This document shows, in pieces, positions 16,406 to 25,473 of a stretch of 33,126 bases of DNA. The translations under genes and the position numbers were made by a program. Under the pieces are notes generated by a model. It did not search any database. It saw only the letters and a list, made by a program, of their open reading frames with translations, and was not told the DNA's origin. Source of the DNA: Actinomycetota bacterium (lineage in GTDB: Bacteria > Actinomycetota > Acidimicrobiia > IMCC26256 > VFJJ01); the NCBI GenBank assembly GCA_009886115.1, contig VFJJ01000160.1, positions 1-33,126 of the forward strand. The letters are read 5' to 3'. How positions within the stretch are numbered: position 1 is the first letter of the stretch; each line of letters begins with the position of its first letter.

Positions 16406-17728
16406 TCAACGGGGTGCTCGGCGCTTCTGATCGGCGAGCTCGTTGTGTCGGGCGAACATCTCGAATGCCTTGCGCTGCAGGTCGACCGGCACGGCCGGCA
16501 GCGGGGGAAGGCCGGCGTCGCGTGAGGGGAGCGAGACCGTGGCTGACGCATAGGCCGTCTCGGTGTCGCGCTGGTTGACCATGTGCAGCTCGAGGTCGAC
16601 CAGGTATCGGCCATCGACCTCGCGCTGGGCCACCACCTTGCCCGAGAGGAACTGCGTGTCGCCCTGGTAGTTGAACTTGCGGATCGAGTCCTCCATCCGC
16701 TCGATGAAGGCGTCGTCGCCGGCCCAGTCGGACACGTGGTGGTAGAACCACGACTGCCGCAGAACCCCGTAGTCGTACGCCATGGGGTTGCCGATCGCCT
16801 TGGCCCACTGCGAATCCCAGTGCAGTCGTTGAGCGACGTCGTAGACCCCGTTCTCGTTCTTGATGTAAAAGGGTCCGATTCGCTTGCGGTTCTTGTACCC
16901 GACCCGTGACGAGCGCAGCCCATAGGGCACGAAGCCGTAGCCGCCGGCATGGAAGGCGATGATCTCGGTGACGGTCAAGGGCCCCTTGACCATCGGCGGG
17001 AGCTCGTCGCCAACCACGACATCCTCCCAATAGCGCTTCTCGCTCCCGAAAGGTCGTTCCTGCTCGTAGATGGCGTCGATCTTCTCGTAATCGGCGTCGG
17101 TGTAGTGGGCGGCCTCGATCTCGGCGTACTTGCCGCGATCGCGGGCTGTCTTGCGCTCGGTAAGCACGCGCACGATGCGATAGACGCCGACCACCTCGCC
17201 CCGCTGGTTGATGGCGACGTCGCGCCGCACCTGGATCACCGATCGGCCGGCGAACTCCGACTGCTTGACGTCGATGGTCTCCTCACCGTCGAACGAGAAG
17301 ATGCGGTCGCCGGGGTAGATGGGCCGGTACCAATCCCACGTGCCGCCCGACACGAAGACGTGGATGCCTCGAAAGAGGCTCTTGGTCTTCTTCTTCACGT
17401 CGTCGGGAATGGGGTCGCCGAGCATCGGCGTCTTGACGTGGCCGACCATGGTGCCGTGGCCGATCTGGGAACCCCAACGAGTCGTGCGCCCGTACTCCTC
17501 GTCGGTGTAGAGGGGATTGTCGTCACCGACGCCGAGCGACCAGTTGCGGATCGCGTCCTCGGTGGCGACCGAGTACAGCTCGCGATGACGCGAAGCGGTG
17601 TCGTGGCCCAGCAGATGGTGGGCCCGTTCTATGTCCTCGTCGGTGAGGAGGTAGGCCGTGGCCCGTTCGAACTCCGCCTCGAGCGACGGGTCGACCTTGA
17701 GCGATTCGGGTGCGGCGTCGTTCGACAT
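16406..17728 (-). CDS. Twin MaoC/FAS1-like hot-dog dehydratase (acyl-CoA hydratase)
   Basis: AIRNWSLGVGDDNPLYTDEEY, WDWYRPIYPGD, second domain RYWEDVVVGDELP...HWDSQWAKAIG. GGAGG RBS. Confidence 0.88.
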   Translation of the reverse strand: MSNDAAPESLKVDPSLEAEFERATAYLLTDEDIERAHHLLGHDTASRHRELYSVATEDAIRNWSLGVGDDNPLYTDEEYGRTTRWGSQIGHGTMVGHVKTPMLGDPIPDDVKKKTKSLFRGIHVFVSGGTWDWYRPIYPGDRIFSFDGEETIDVKQSEFAGRSVIQVRRDVAINQRGEVVGVYRIVRVLTERKTARDRGKYAEIEAAHYTDADYEKIDAIYEQERPFGSEKRYWEDVVVGDELPPMVKGPLTVTEIIAFHAGGYGFVPYGLRSSRVGYKNRKRIGPFYIKNENGVYDVAQRLHWDSQWAKAIGNPMAYDYGVLRQSWFYHHVSDWAGDDAFIERMEDSIRKFNYQGDTQFLSGKVVAQREVDGRYLVDLELHMVNQRDTETAYASATVSLPSRDAGLPPLPAVPVDLQRKAFEMFARHNELADQKRRAPR

Positions 17729-17742
17729 GCGTGGGCCTCCCG

Positions 17743-17766
17743 GGTGAAAAGTCTTCACCTATATTA
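17743..17766 (-). promoter_or_regulatory. Putative internal promoter (-10 TAATAT) with inverted repeat GGTGAA-N5-TTCACC
   Basis: AT-rich patch. TAATAT overlaps the ACAD TAA stop, and the palindrome at 17743-17759 lies between it and the RBS. Confidence 0.45.
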
Positions 17767-18930
17767 TCCAGACGGTTCGTGGGGCAGCCCGAGGGTGCGC
17801 TCGGCCACGGTGTTCTTCTGGATCTCGATGGTGCCCGCGCCGATCGTCGAGGCCCGGGTGCGCAGGAAGCCGAAGGTCCAGCGCCCACCTTCGATGGCTC
17901 GGGGATCGCGCGCTCCGAGGAGCGCGTCGGCTCCGAGGAGCTCGAGCGCCAGCTCGTGGAGACGCTGTTCGAACTGCGTCACGAGGATCCGCGTCGTCGA
18001 GGCGCCGGGCCCGGGCTCACCGTTGGCGACGATCTGGCCGATCGTGCGGGCGCCCGCGTAGGCCATCAGGCGCACGTCGATCTCGACGGATGCCAGGCGC
18101 TGGCGCACGATGGGATCGTCGGCGATGCCACGGCTCCGGGCGAGCACGTGGAGCTCGTCCACGATTCGCCGGTACCTGTGAGCCTGGTTCATCGCCCCGG
18201 CGGCCCGCTCGTGGCCGAGGCTGGTGCGCGTGATCGCCCAGCCGCCGTTCTCGTCGCCGATGCGGTCGGCGACCGGCACCACCACGCCATCGAGATGGAT
18301 CTCGCAGAAGTCGCTCCGCCCCGTGAGATCACGGATGGGGCTGACCGCCACCCCCGGGGCGTGGGCATCGACGATGAGATACGTGATGCCGTCTTGACGG
18401 CTTCCGGGGGGACCGGTGCGGACGAGGCAGAACAAGATGTCGGCGATCTCGGCCGAGCTGCTCCACACCTTCTGGCCCGTCACCACATAGTGATCTCCGT
18501 CGCGAACGGCCAAAGTTCGCAGTGACGGGAGGTCGGAGCCGGCGTCGGGCTCGGAGTACCCTTGGGCCCAGATGCGGTCGGCGCGCAGCATCGGACGCAG
18601 CCACCGCTCGCGCTGCTCCTCGGTGCCGTGCCTGACGATCGTCGGCCCCGCGATCCCCACGCCGGTACCGAGCGGCCCGGGGACCTTGGCCCGGGCGAAC
18701 TCCTCCGAGTACACGACCTGGTGAGCGAACGGGAGATCGGAACCGCCGTAGCGAACGGGCCAGCTGGGACTGCCGAAGCCCCCGTCGACCAGCGTCGCGT
18801 TCCACGCCTTCTGCCAGGCCAACCGCTCTGGTCGGCTCTTCGGCGCGGATCCCGGATGGTTCTCGTGCAGGAACTGCCGGAACCGCTGCCGAAACCGTTC
18901 AGGCGCTTCGCGGAGATCGGTCTCGGTCAT
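17764..18930 (-). CDS. Acyl-CoA dehydrogenase
   Basis: WAQGYSEPDAGSDLPSLRT, GQKVWSS, LGHER, TIGAGTIEIQKN. Confidence 0.93.
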   Translation of the reverse strand: MTETDLREAPERFRQRFRQFLHENHPGSAPKSRPERLAWQKAWNATLVDGGFGSPSWPVRYGGSDLPFAHQVVYSEEFARAKVPGPLGTGVGIAGPTIVRHGTEEQRERWLRPMLRADRIWAQGYSEPDAGSDLPSLRTLAVRDGDHYVVTGQKVWSSSAEIADILFCLVRTGPPGSRQDGITYLIVDAHAPGVAVSPIRDLTGRSDFCEIHLDGVVVPVADRIGDENGGWAITRTSLGHERAAGAMNQAHRYRRIVDELHVLARSRGIADDPIVRQRLASVEIDVRLMAYAGARTIGQIVANGEPGPGASTTRILVTQFEQRLHELALELLGADALLGARDPRAIEGGRWTFGFLRTRASTIGAGTIEIQKNTVAERTLGLPHEPSG

Positions 18931-19019
18931 GGGGAGATACTGCCGCAGCATGACGGCGCGCGAGCAACCGCCCTGTCACTGCTGCTCGCCCGCCAGGCGG
19001 GCCTGCCTGACCGCCGCCG

Positions 19020-19898
19020 TCAGGACGGATCGAGCTTGAGAACTCGACGGGCGTTGTCGCGCAAGAACTTCGGCCACACGTGGTCGCGGAACGGAACGGC
19101 CGGCATCTCGGAGAAGATCCGTTGCAACGTGAGCCCTGAGGGGAAATAGCCGGCGTACATGACCTTGTCGGCCCCACGGCTGTTGGCATAGTCGATGATC
19201 TCGTGGGGATAGTGCTTCGGCGCAAAGGCCGACGGCGAGTAGTGGAGGCCGGGCCACTTGAGCATCAGCTTGACCAGGAGGTCGCACCACGGCTCACCCC
19301 CGTGCCGTGTGACCAGCACGAGCTCGGGGAAGTCGTAGCAGACGATGTCGAGGCGGGCGACCTCCTGGGGCCACATGGGAAATCGTGGTCCAGGAACGCC
19401 GGCGTTGATGAACATCGGGATACCGAGCTCGACGCACTTGGCGTAGAACGGGTACATGAGGGCGCCATCGATCCCCACCTGGGGCTGCGTGCCGCAGGGG
19501 AAGCAGGCCGCGGCGATGGCCCCGTGCTCCCGCACGGCACGCTCGAGCCGACGCACGTCGTGCATGCCCTGGTTCGGGTCGATGGTGTACGAGCCGAACA
19601 ACCGACCGGGGTGTCGAGCCACCGCTCGCGAACCCACATGGTCGACGTCGACACCCACCGGGAGCAGGCCGGCCTCGATCTCGAAGGCATCGAGCTGGGC
19701 GACCATCCAGTCGCCGTAGTCGACTTCCTCGGCCGCTGGCGCCTCGGGCAGGTCCTTGAACATGTATCCGGCGGGATGCTTGAACTCGGAGCTTCCCTCG
19801 TCGCGCACGAGCGAGCCGAAGTCCTTCTGCCAGCTGTCTCGCTTCGACGGCAGTCCGAGCATGGTGTCGAAGGTGCGGGGGTTCGCCGGGATCGCCAT
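19020..19898 (-). CDS. Amidohydrolase family 2 protein
   Basis: YPFYAKCVELGIP, DFPELVLVTRHGGEPW, GADKVMYAGYFP. Confidence 0.88.
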   Translation of the reverse strand: MAIPANPRTFDTMLGLPSKRDSWQKDFGSLVRDEGSSEFKHPAGYMFKDLPEAPAAEEVDYGDWMVAQLDAFEIEAGLLPVGVDVDHVGSRAVARHPGRLFGSYTIDPNQGMHDVRRLERAVREHGAIAAACFPCGTQPQVGIDGALMYPFYAKCVELGIPMFINAGVPGPRFPMWPQEVARLDIVCYDFPELVLVTRHGGEPWCDLLVKLMLKWPGLHYSPSAFAPKHYPHEIIDYANSRGADKVMYAGYFPSGLTLQRIFSEMPAVPFRDHVWPKFLRDNARRVLKLDPS

Positions 19899-19904
19899 CG
19901 TGGG

Positions 19905-19910
19905 ATCGTA
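19905..19910 (-). promoter_or_regulatory. Putative -10 element (TACGAT) for a leaderless amidohydrolase transcript
   Basis: TACGAT ends 6 nt upstream of ATG 19898, with no RBS. Confidence 0.5.
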
Positions 19911-19915
19911 ACGAG

Positions 19916-19973
19916 GCGCCCCGGCAGGCGCAGCTTGGCAAGCACAGCCCGGGAAGCGCCCCGGCAGGCGCAG
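19916..19973. repeat. Direct repeat pair of an 18-bp quasi-palindrome GCGCCCCGGCAGGCGCAG (40-bp period), REP-like
   Basis: Copies at 19916-19933 and 19956-19973, each able to fold GCGCC/GGCGC. Confidence 0.75.
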
Positions 19974-20205
19974 AGCAGGGCACGGTGCGCAGATGCGAGG
20001 CGGCGGTCAGAATCAACGCCATGGGCGAGGGGCTTCGCCGACGAGGGGGCCCGCGTCGTGTGCGTTGCTCGTACCGTGCACGAAGGCGACCATCGCTGGC
20101 CGGGATCGCTCGACTCGACCGTGAGCGACATCGAGGCCAGTGGTGGCCCGTCGCAGGTCGTCGTCACGGCGGTTACGCGCAGATCTGAGTAACGGACCCC
20201 GCAGC

Positions 20206-21477
20206 TCAGCCCGCGAGCTCACCCCAGGCGACGGGTACGGCGTCGGGGCCGCGCTCGTACAGGCCGATGATGCGAGGCGCTGGACGAGCGGGGTCGAGCC
20301 GCAGGTTCGGTAGACGATCGATGAGCGCGCTGATCGCCGTGGTGATCTCGGCGCGAGCCACGTGCGCGCCCAGACAGGCGTGCGGGCCGGTGCCGAAACC
20401 GAGGTGTTGGCGCGGGGCGCGTCCGGGGTCGAACACGTCCGGATGCTCCCACCGTGCGGGATCGCGGTTGGCCGACGCGAAGCAGGTGTGGATCACCGAG
20501 CCCGCAGGCATCGCCACACCGTGGAGCTCGGTGTCGTTGCGAACGAAGCGAGCGAACACCGGATCGGTGGGCATCCACCGTACGGACTCTTCGATGACAT
20601 CGCGCAACAGCGACGGATCTCTGCGCACTCGATCGAGCCACTCGGGGTGCTGCATCAGCGCGACGAGGGTGATGCCCATCTGCTTCCAGGTGGTGCCCGA
20701 GCCTGCCGCGAGAAGCAGGAACGCGAAGCCGAGGATCTCGCTGTCGTCGAGCACGTGTCGAGATCCGTCGTCGTCGACCAGCTCGGCCTGAACGAGCACG
20801 CTGATGAGGTCGTCGTGCGGTCGGGCGCGACGGGCGCTCACGATGGGCATGACGATCTCGAAGAACCGCCCCAGCCCGAGTCCGTCGCTCGTGACCGCGG
20901 CGCGGATGTCGAGGGCATCGGCGACCGAGACCCCGAAGCTGCCGCAGATGGTGAGCAGTGGGATCGGGGCGCAGAACTCGACGTTGAGGTCGGCGTGGCC
21001 GTTGGCCTCGATGCCGTCGAGGAGCGCGTCGACCGTGGCGCGGATCCATCGGTCGATCCACCACTGGGCACGCTTGGGCACGAACGACGGTTGGACGAGC
21101 ATGCGATGGCGGCGATGCTGCTCGCCTTCCATCATGAGCATCGTCTGCTCGTGCAGCGAGGAGCCGGCGGCATGGGCATGAGCCTGGGGCGTGAAGCGAG
21201 CGGTGTCGCGCAGGACGAGGTCGCAGGTGTCGAAATCGAAGGCCGTGAAGTGCCGGCGGTCGGGGAACGGCAGACCCTCGAACACGGCCTCGCCGTGGAA
21301 CCCGGCCATGGGACCGGGGACACCTTCGTGCACCGGGGCGTGGTCGCGCAGCGCGTTGAAGATCGGGTTGATGTCGAGGTCGAACGCGCCACCGCGGGTG
21401 GCGTAGACGTCGCCGCTGAGGTCGAAGAGCTCCCGGAGCCGGCCCGGGTCGAGCCGTAGCTCGCTCTTCGCCGTCAT
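20206..21477 (-). CDS. Cytochrome P450
   Basis: I-helix LAAGSGTT, EESVR, heme motif HLGFGTGPHACLG. ATG overlaps the upstream stop (TGATG). Confidence 0.95.
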   Translation of the reverse strand: MTAKSELRLDPGRLRELFDLSGDVYATRGGAFDLDINPIFNALRDHAPVHEGVPGPMAGFHGEAVFEGLPFPDRRHFTAFDFDTCDLVLRDTARFTPQAHAHAAGSSLHEQTMLMMEGEQHRRHRMLVQPSFVPKRAQWWIDRWIRATVDALLDGIEANGHADLNVEFCAPIPLLTICGSFGVSVADALDIRAAVTSDGLGLGRFFEIVMPIVSARRARPHDDLISVLVQAELVDDDGSRHVLDDSEILGFAFLLLAAGSGTTWKQMGITLVALMQHPEWLDRVRRDPSLLRDVIEESVRWMPTDPVFARFVRNDTELHGVAMPAGSVIHTCFASANRDPARWEHPDVFDPGRAPRQHLGFGTGPHACLGAHVARAEITTAISALIDRLPNLRLDPARPAPRIIGLYERGPDAVPVAWGELAG

Positions 21478-21923
21478 CACGTCACCGGCTCGAGCACGAC
21501 CACGGGAATCAGGCGGGTGGTTCGCGCTGCGTACTCGTCGTAGTTCGGCCAGATACCGGTCATCAGCGTCCACAAGCGGTCACGTTCAGCGCCCTCGGCG
21601 GTGCGAGCGACAGCGGCGAAGCGCTCGCTCTTGACCTGCACAGTCACATTCGGATCGGCGACGAGGTTGTGGTACCACGACGGGTGCGTGGGTGCGCCGC
21701 CACGTGAGGCGACGATGATGCAGTTGTCGCCATCGAAGCCGCAGATGAGCGCCGACTTGCGCGGCTGTCCGCTCGTGCGTCCGGTGGTCTGCAGAACCAG
21801 GCACGTGGCCCCGTTCCACAGATACCCGACCTCGCCGTTGGTCTCTTCGTAGCGGCGGACGTGCTCGTCGCCCATGAGGGAGAGGTCGGGCTTGAAGATG
21901 GGAGCTGGTTCGTTCTGAGTCAT
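21477..21923 (-). CDS. Deazaflavin (F420)-dependent nitroreductase/quinone reductase, Ddn family
   Basis: LQTTGRTSGQPR, IVASRGGAPTHPSWYHNLVADPNV, WPNYDEYAARTTRLIPVVVLEP. Confidence 0.92.
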   Translation of the reverse strand: MTQNEPAPIFKPDLSLMGDEHVRRYEETNGEVGYLWNGATCLVLQTTGRTSGQPRKSALICGFDGDNCIIVASRGGAPTHPSWYHNLVADPNVTVQVKSERFAAVARTAEGAERDRLWTLMTGIWPNYDEYAARTTRLIPVVVLEPVT

Positions 21924-21936
21924 GTCTTCCTGTCTC

Positions 21937-22524
21937 TCAGCGAGCGGTGTATCCACCATCGACCGGCAAGAGCACGCCGGTGATGTTGATCGAGTCGTTG
22001 CACGCGAGGAAGAGCGCGGCTGCTGCGCAGTCCTCGGCGGTGACGATACGGCCGTTGGGTTGGAGCGAAGCGGCGAACTCCACGTACTCGTCGGAGGGCG
22101 CCTCGAAAGGCTTGTCCGGGTTGGCCATGATGAACTGCTTCACGGCGTGCTTGCAGCCGAGAAACACTCCCTTGAAGTTGATGTCGGTGAGCCGTTGCCA
22201 ATCGTCGACGGTGTGGTCCTCGAACATCTGCCCCGGCTTCATCCCGGTTATGCCCGCGTTGTTGAACATCACATCGAGGCGACCGAACTGCGTGACGGCG
22301 GTCGAGACCGCGGCCTCGACATCGGCCTCCGACCTCACGTCGCAGTGGACTCCGAAAGCGATGCCGCCGGCCGCGGTGACGAGACGGACGGTCTCGGCCG
22401 CCCACTCGTCGTGCACATCAGCCACGACGACCTTCGCACCCTGCGCGCAGAACAGCAACGTCGACGCGCGCCCAACGCCTGAGCCGGCGCCGGTGATCAC
22501 GACCGATGTGTCAGCGAGCTTCAT
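21937..22524 (-). pseudogene. SDR oxidoreductase with an in-frame internal deletion removing the catalytic Ser/YxxxK region
   Basis: TGAGSGVG, FNNAG and GVFLGCKHAVKQF are joined directly to the C-terminal segment (...AEDCAAAALFLA...ITGVLLPVDGGY). Only 195 aa, with no YxxxK or IRVN..PG. Confidence 0.75.
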
Positions 22525-22567
22525 GGATCGGACTCCTCGGCGAAAGACGGTGATGGGGCGTTGCAGT

Positions 22568-23791
22568 TCACAGCACCACCCCCTTCATCTTGAGGGCGAC
22601 AACGTCATCCCAGCTGTAGCCGAGGGATTGCAGCACGTCGTCGGTGTTCTCGCCCAGGTCCGGACTGGCGTGCAGCGCGGCCGGCTGCTCATCGAACTGC
22701 ACGGCACCCGCCGGGAGGGGGAACGTGGACCCGTCGGCTCGCGTGGCGGTGCCGATGTATCCGTTGGCGATGACGGCGGGATCGTTCATGAGCTCGTCGA
22801 TGCGCTGGTACGGACCCCACGGAACCCGGGCCGCGTTCAACGGTTCGCGCCAGTGCGCGAGCGGTCGCGACGCGAATGCCGCCTCGAGCTCGGTGACCAG
22901 GGCCGCGCTGTTCAGCCCACGGTCGTGCATCGAATCGAACCGCTCGTCGGAGAGCAGGTCGGCCCGGTCGAGCAACGTGCACAGGTCGGCCCAGTACCTG
23001 TCGGGCTGCAGGCAGCAGATCATGAGCCATCGTCCATCGGCGCACTTGTAGTTCGCGGCGAGCGGGTTGGGCAACGACGTGCGCGGCCGGCCCAGCGGTG
23101 GGCTCTGACGGTACGCGCCCTGCATCTGTGACAGCACGTCGGAACCGATCATCCACAGTGCCGTGCCGAGCAACGACACGTCGACCACCGAGCCCTCACC
23201 GGTGCGCTCCCGGCGGAACAGTGCGCCAGCGATGCCGAACGCGAGTTGCGTGCCGGCATAGCGGTCGCCGAGGGCGCCTCGCTGCGGGATCGGCTCGACC
23301 AACCCCTCCGGGGCGATCGTCTCCTCGATGGCGCCACGCGCCCAGAACGATGTGGAGTCGTACGCCGGCGTGTCGGCATCGTCGCCACGTACGCCGTAAC
23401 CGTGGCCCCGCGCGTAGATGAGCCGCGGGTTCACGGCCCGCAGCGCGTCGACGCCGAGACCGAGCCGATCGAGCACCGATGGCAGGAAGTTCGTGAGGAA
23501 CACGTCGGCCTGCTCGATGAGCTGCAACAGGATCGTCCGGCCCTCCTCGGCCTTGAGGTCGATGGCGACGCTCGACTTGTTCCGATTGGCCATCTCCATG
23601 GCGTAGTTCACCGACGACGTGCCTGCACCAGGCAGCGCGAGCCCGCGATAGCCGTCGCCGCCGTGTGGGTGCTCGACCTTGATGACCTCCGCACCCCAGT
23701 CGGCCATGAGCGCGCCGGCCACGGGGACGAACACCCACTGCGCGAGCTCGACGACGCGCACGCCACCGAACACGTTCACGGACGGTGCCAT
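22568..23791 (-). CDS. CoA transferase family III (CaiB/BaiF)
   Basis: GVRVVELAQW, GAEVIKVEHP..GD, NRNKSSVAIDLK, NPRLIYA, PDLGENT. Confidence 0.93.
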   Translation of the reverse strand: MAPSVNVFGGVRVVELAQWVFVPVAGALMADWGAEVIKVEHPHGGDGYRGLALPGAGTSSVNYAMEMANRNKSSVAIDLKAEEGRTILLQLIEQADVFLTNFLPSVLDRLGLGVDALRAVNPRLIYARGHGYGVRGDDADTPAYDSTSFWARGAIEETIAPEGLVEPIPQRGALGDRYAGTQLAFGIAGALFRRERTGEGSVVDVSLLGTALWMIGSDVLSQMQGAYRQSPPLGRPRTSLPNPLAANYKCADGRWLMICCLQPDRYWADLCTLLDRADLLSDERFDSMHDRGLNSAALVTELEAAFASRPLAHWREPLNAARVPWGPYQRIDELMNDPAVIANGYIGTATRADGSTFPLPAGAVQFDEQPAALHASPDLGENTDDVLQSLGYSWDDVVALKMKGVVL

Positions 23792-23793
23792 GC

Positions 23794-25023
23794 TCAGGTC
23801 CCCTGGGGGACGGCGGGTTCGATGGGGGTGAAACGGAACAGCCGCTCGGCGTTGGTGCGGAGGATCTTGCGCTGCGTTTCGGGGGGGAGCTCCTTCACCA
23901 ACCGCTGGGCAACCTCGATGCAGTCGGGCCAGGTCGTGTCGGAATGCGGATAGTCGGTCTCGATCATCACGTTGTCTTCACCGATGATGTCGAGGCACCG
24001 CAAGCCCGAGGTCTCCTCGATGAAGCAGCCGTAGACGTGGTCGCGAATCGTGCGGCGGATGTCGAGCGTGGCGAGGTTCGCCTGGGGGACCGGTGCCGTC
24101 GCCTCGGATCCCGAGTCGCCCTTGTAGAACTGCACGCCCCCCGTGGCCGCCCAGTGCCGCTGCTTGTCGATCACCTGCTCGGCCCGCTCGATGAAGTACG
24201 GCATCCAACCGATGTTGCCCTCCGAGAGTGCGATCTTCAGGTTCGGCATGCGCTCGAAGTAGTCGCTGAACAACCAGGCGAGCATCGTCCCCGCCGCGCG
24301 CACGGCGCCGAAGGTGAGGTTCGCGAGCGGCGGCGCATCGGATGAGATCGACGGCATCGTCGACGACGACCCGACGTGCATGCTCACCACCATGCCGGTC
24401 TCTTGCGCCGCTGCCATCACCGGATCCCAGTAGCGGCCCGGATCGTGAATGGTCGGCAGACCGAGCGGCTCGGGGTTCTCGGAGAACGCGAACGTTCGGG
24501 CTCCCTTCGCCGCCGTGCGCTCGATCTCCCTTGCTGCGCCCATCGGGTCCCACAGCGGGATGAGCACGAGCGGGATGAACCGACCAGGCGCCGAGCCGCA
24601 CCATTCGTCGATCATCCAGTCGTTGTATGCCCGGACGCAGATCGCCGCGAGGTCCTTGTCGCGGGCCTCCCAGAAGATCTGGCCGCAGAACCGAGGAAAC
24701 GACGGGAAGTTGATGGAGGCCAGGATCCCGGCACGGTCCATGTCCTTCACCCGGGCGACCGGGTCGTACGCTCCCTCGCGCATGTCGTCGAACGACACCG
24801 GGTTCGGCGAGAACTCTTCCTTCTCCTTGCCGGCCGCCACCGATAGCCCAATGGTGTGCACGAGCATGTCCTCGTATTGCCACACCGCACCCCGGGCGCC
24901 CTTGGCCATGCGCGGCGCGCGGTCGTGGTACTTCGCCGGGAGCCGGTCGAGCCACACGTTCGGCGGTTCGATGACATGGTCGTCGACGGATATCAGCCAG
25001 TCACTGGGCGGAACGAGCGTCAT
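23794..25023 (-). CDS. Amidohydrolase family 2 protein
   Basis: ISVDDHVIEP, RAYNDW, SMHVGS, SEGNIGW, ETDYPHSD. Confidence 0.92.
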   Translation of the reverse strand: MTLVPPSDWLISVDDHVIEPPNVWLDRLPAKYHDRAPRMAKGARGAVWQYEDMLVHTIGLSVAAGKEKEEFSPNPVSFDDMREGAYDPVARVKDMDRAGILASINFPSFPRFCGQIFWEARDKDLAAICVRAYNDWMIDEWCGSAPGRFIPLVLIPLWDPMGAAREIERTAAKGARTFAFSENPEPLGLPTIHDPGRYWDPVMAAAQETGMVVSMHVGSSSTMPSISSDAPPLANLTFGAVRAAGTMLAWLFSDYFERMPNLKIALSEGNIGWMPYFIERAEQVIDKQRHWAATGGVQFYKGDSGSEATAPVPQANLATLDIRRTIRDHVYGCFIEETSGLRCLDIIGEDNVMIETDYPHSDTTWPDCIEVAQRLVKELPPETQRKILRTNAERLFRFTPIEPAVPQGT

Positions 25024-25062
25024 GACGTTGCTCCTGGTTCATCGAAAGATGGGAACTGTTCC

Positions 25063-25473
25063 TCACGACTCGGCGTCGGGCGCGAAGTGCGGGATGACGG
25101 CGTGGTCGTCGATGACCTCGAACGTGACGTGGACGCGCATACCCACGTGCACGTCGGCGGCCGGGCAGCCGACGATGTCGGTATGGAAGAACGGCCCCTC
25201 GTCGAGCTTCACGACGCATGCGGCATAGGGCACGGCGTCGACGAGTGAGCGGTCGTAGGCGTGATGCACGACGGTGTAGGTGAAGACCTCGCCGAGTCCC
25301 GATGCCGGCTGCCATTGCATCGAGGCCGAGCCGTGATCGATGCACGTCGACGCTGGCCAATATGCGCGACCACAGATGGTGCACCGGTGCACCATGAACA
25401 CGCGATGCGCGCAGGCTTCCCAGAAAGGGTCGTCGAGGTCGTCGGGCGCCACGTCGTCGGGTCGAAGCGTCAC
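25063..25473 (-). CDS. DUF35 zinc-ribbon/OB-fold protein (ChsH2 C-terminal-like)
   Basis: PFWEAC..RCTICG..WP...C, SGLGEVFTYTVVH, VVKLDEGP. GTG overlaps the thiolase stop. Confidence 0.9.
   Translation of the reverse strand: MTLRPDDVAPDDLDDPFWEACAHRVFMVHRCTICGRAYWPASTCIDHGSASMQWQPASGLGEVFTYTVVHHAYDRSLVDAVPYAACVVKLDEGPFFHTDIVGCPAADVHVGMRVHVTFEVIDDHAVIPHFAPDAES

Noticed and set aside
19916..19973. Possible mini-CRISPR (repeat-spacer-repeat)
   Set aside because: Only two 18-bp copies with a 22-bp gap, shorter than CRISPR repeats, and no cas genes.
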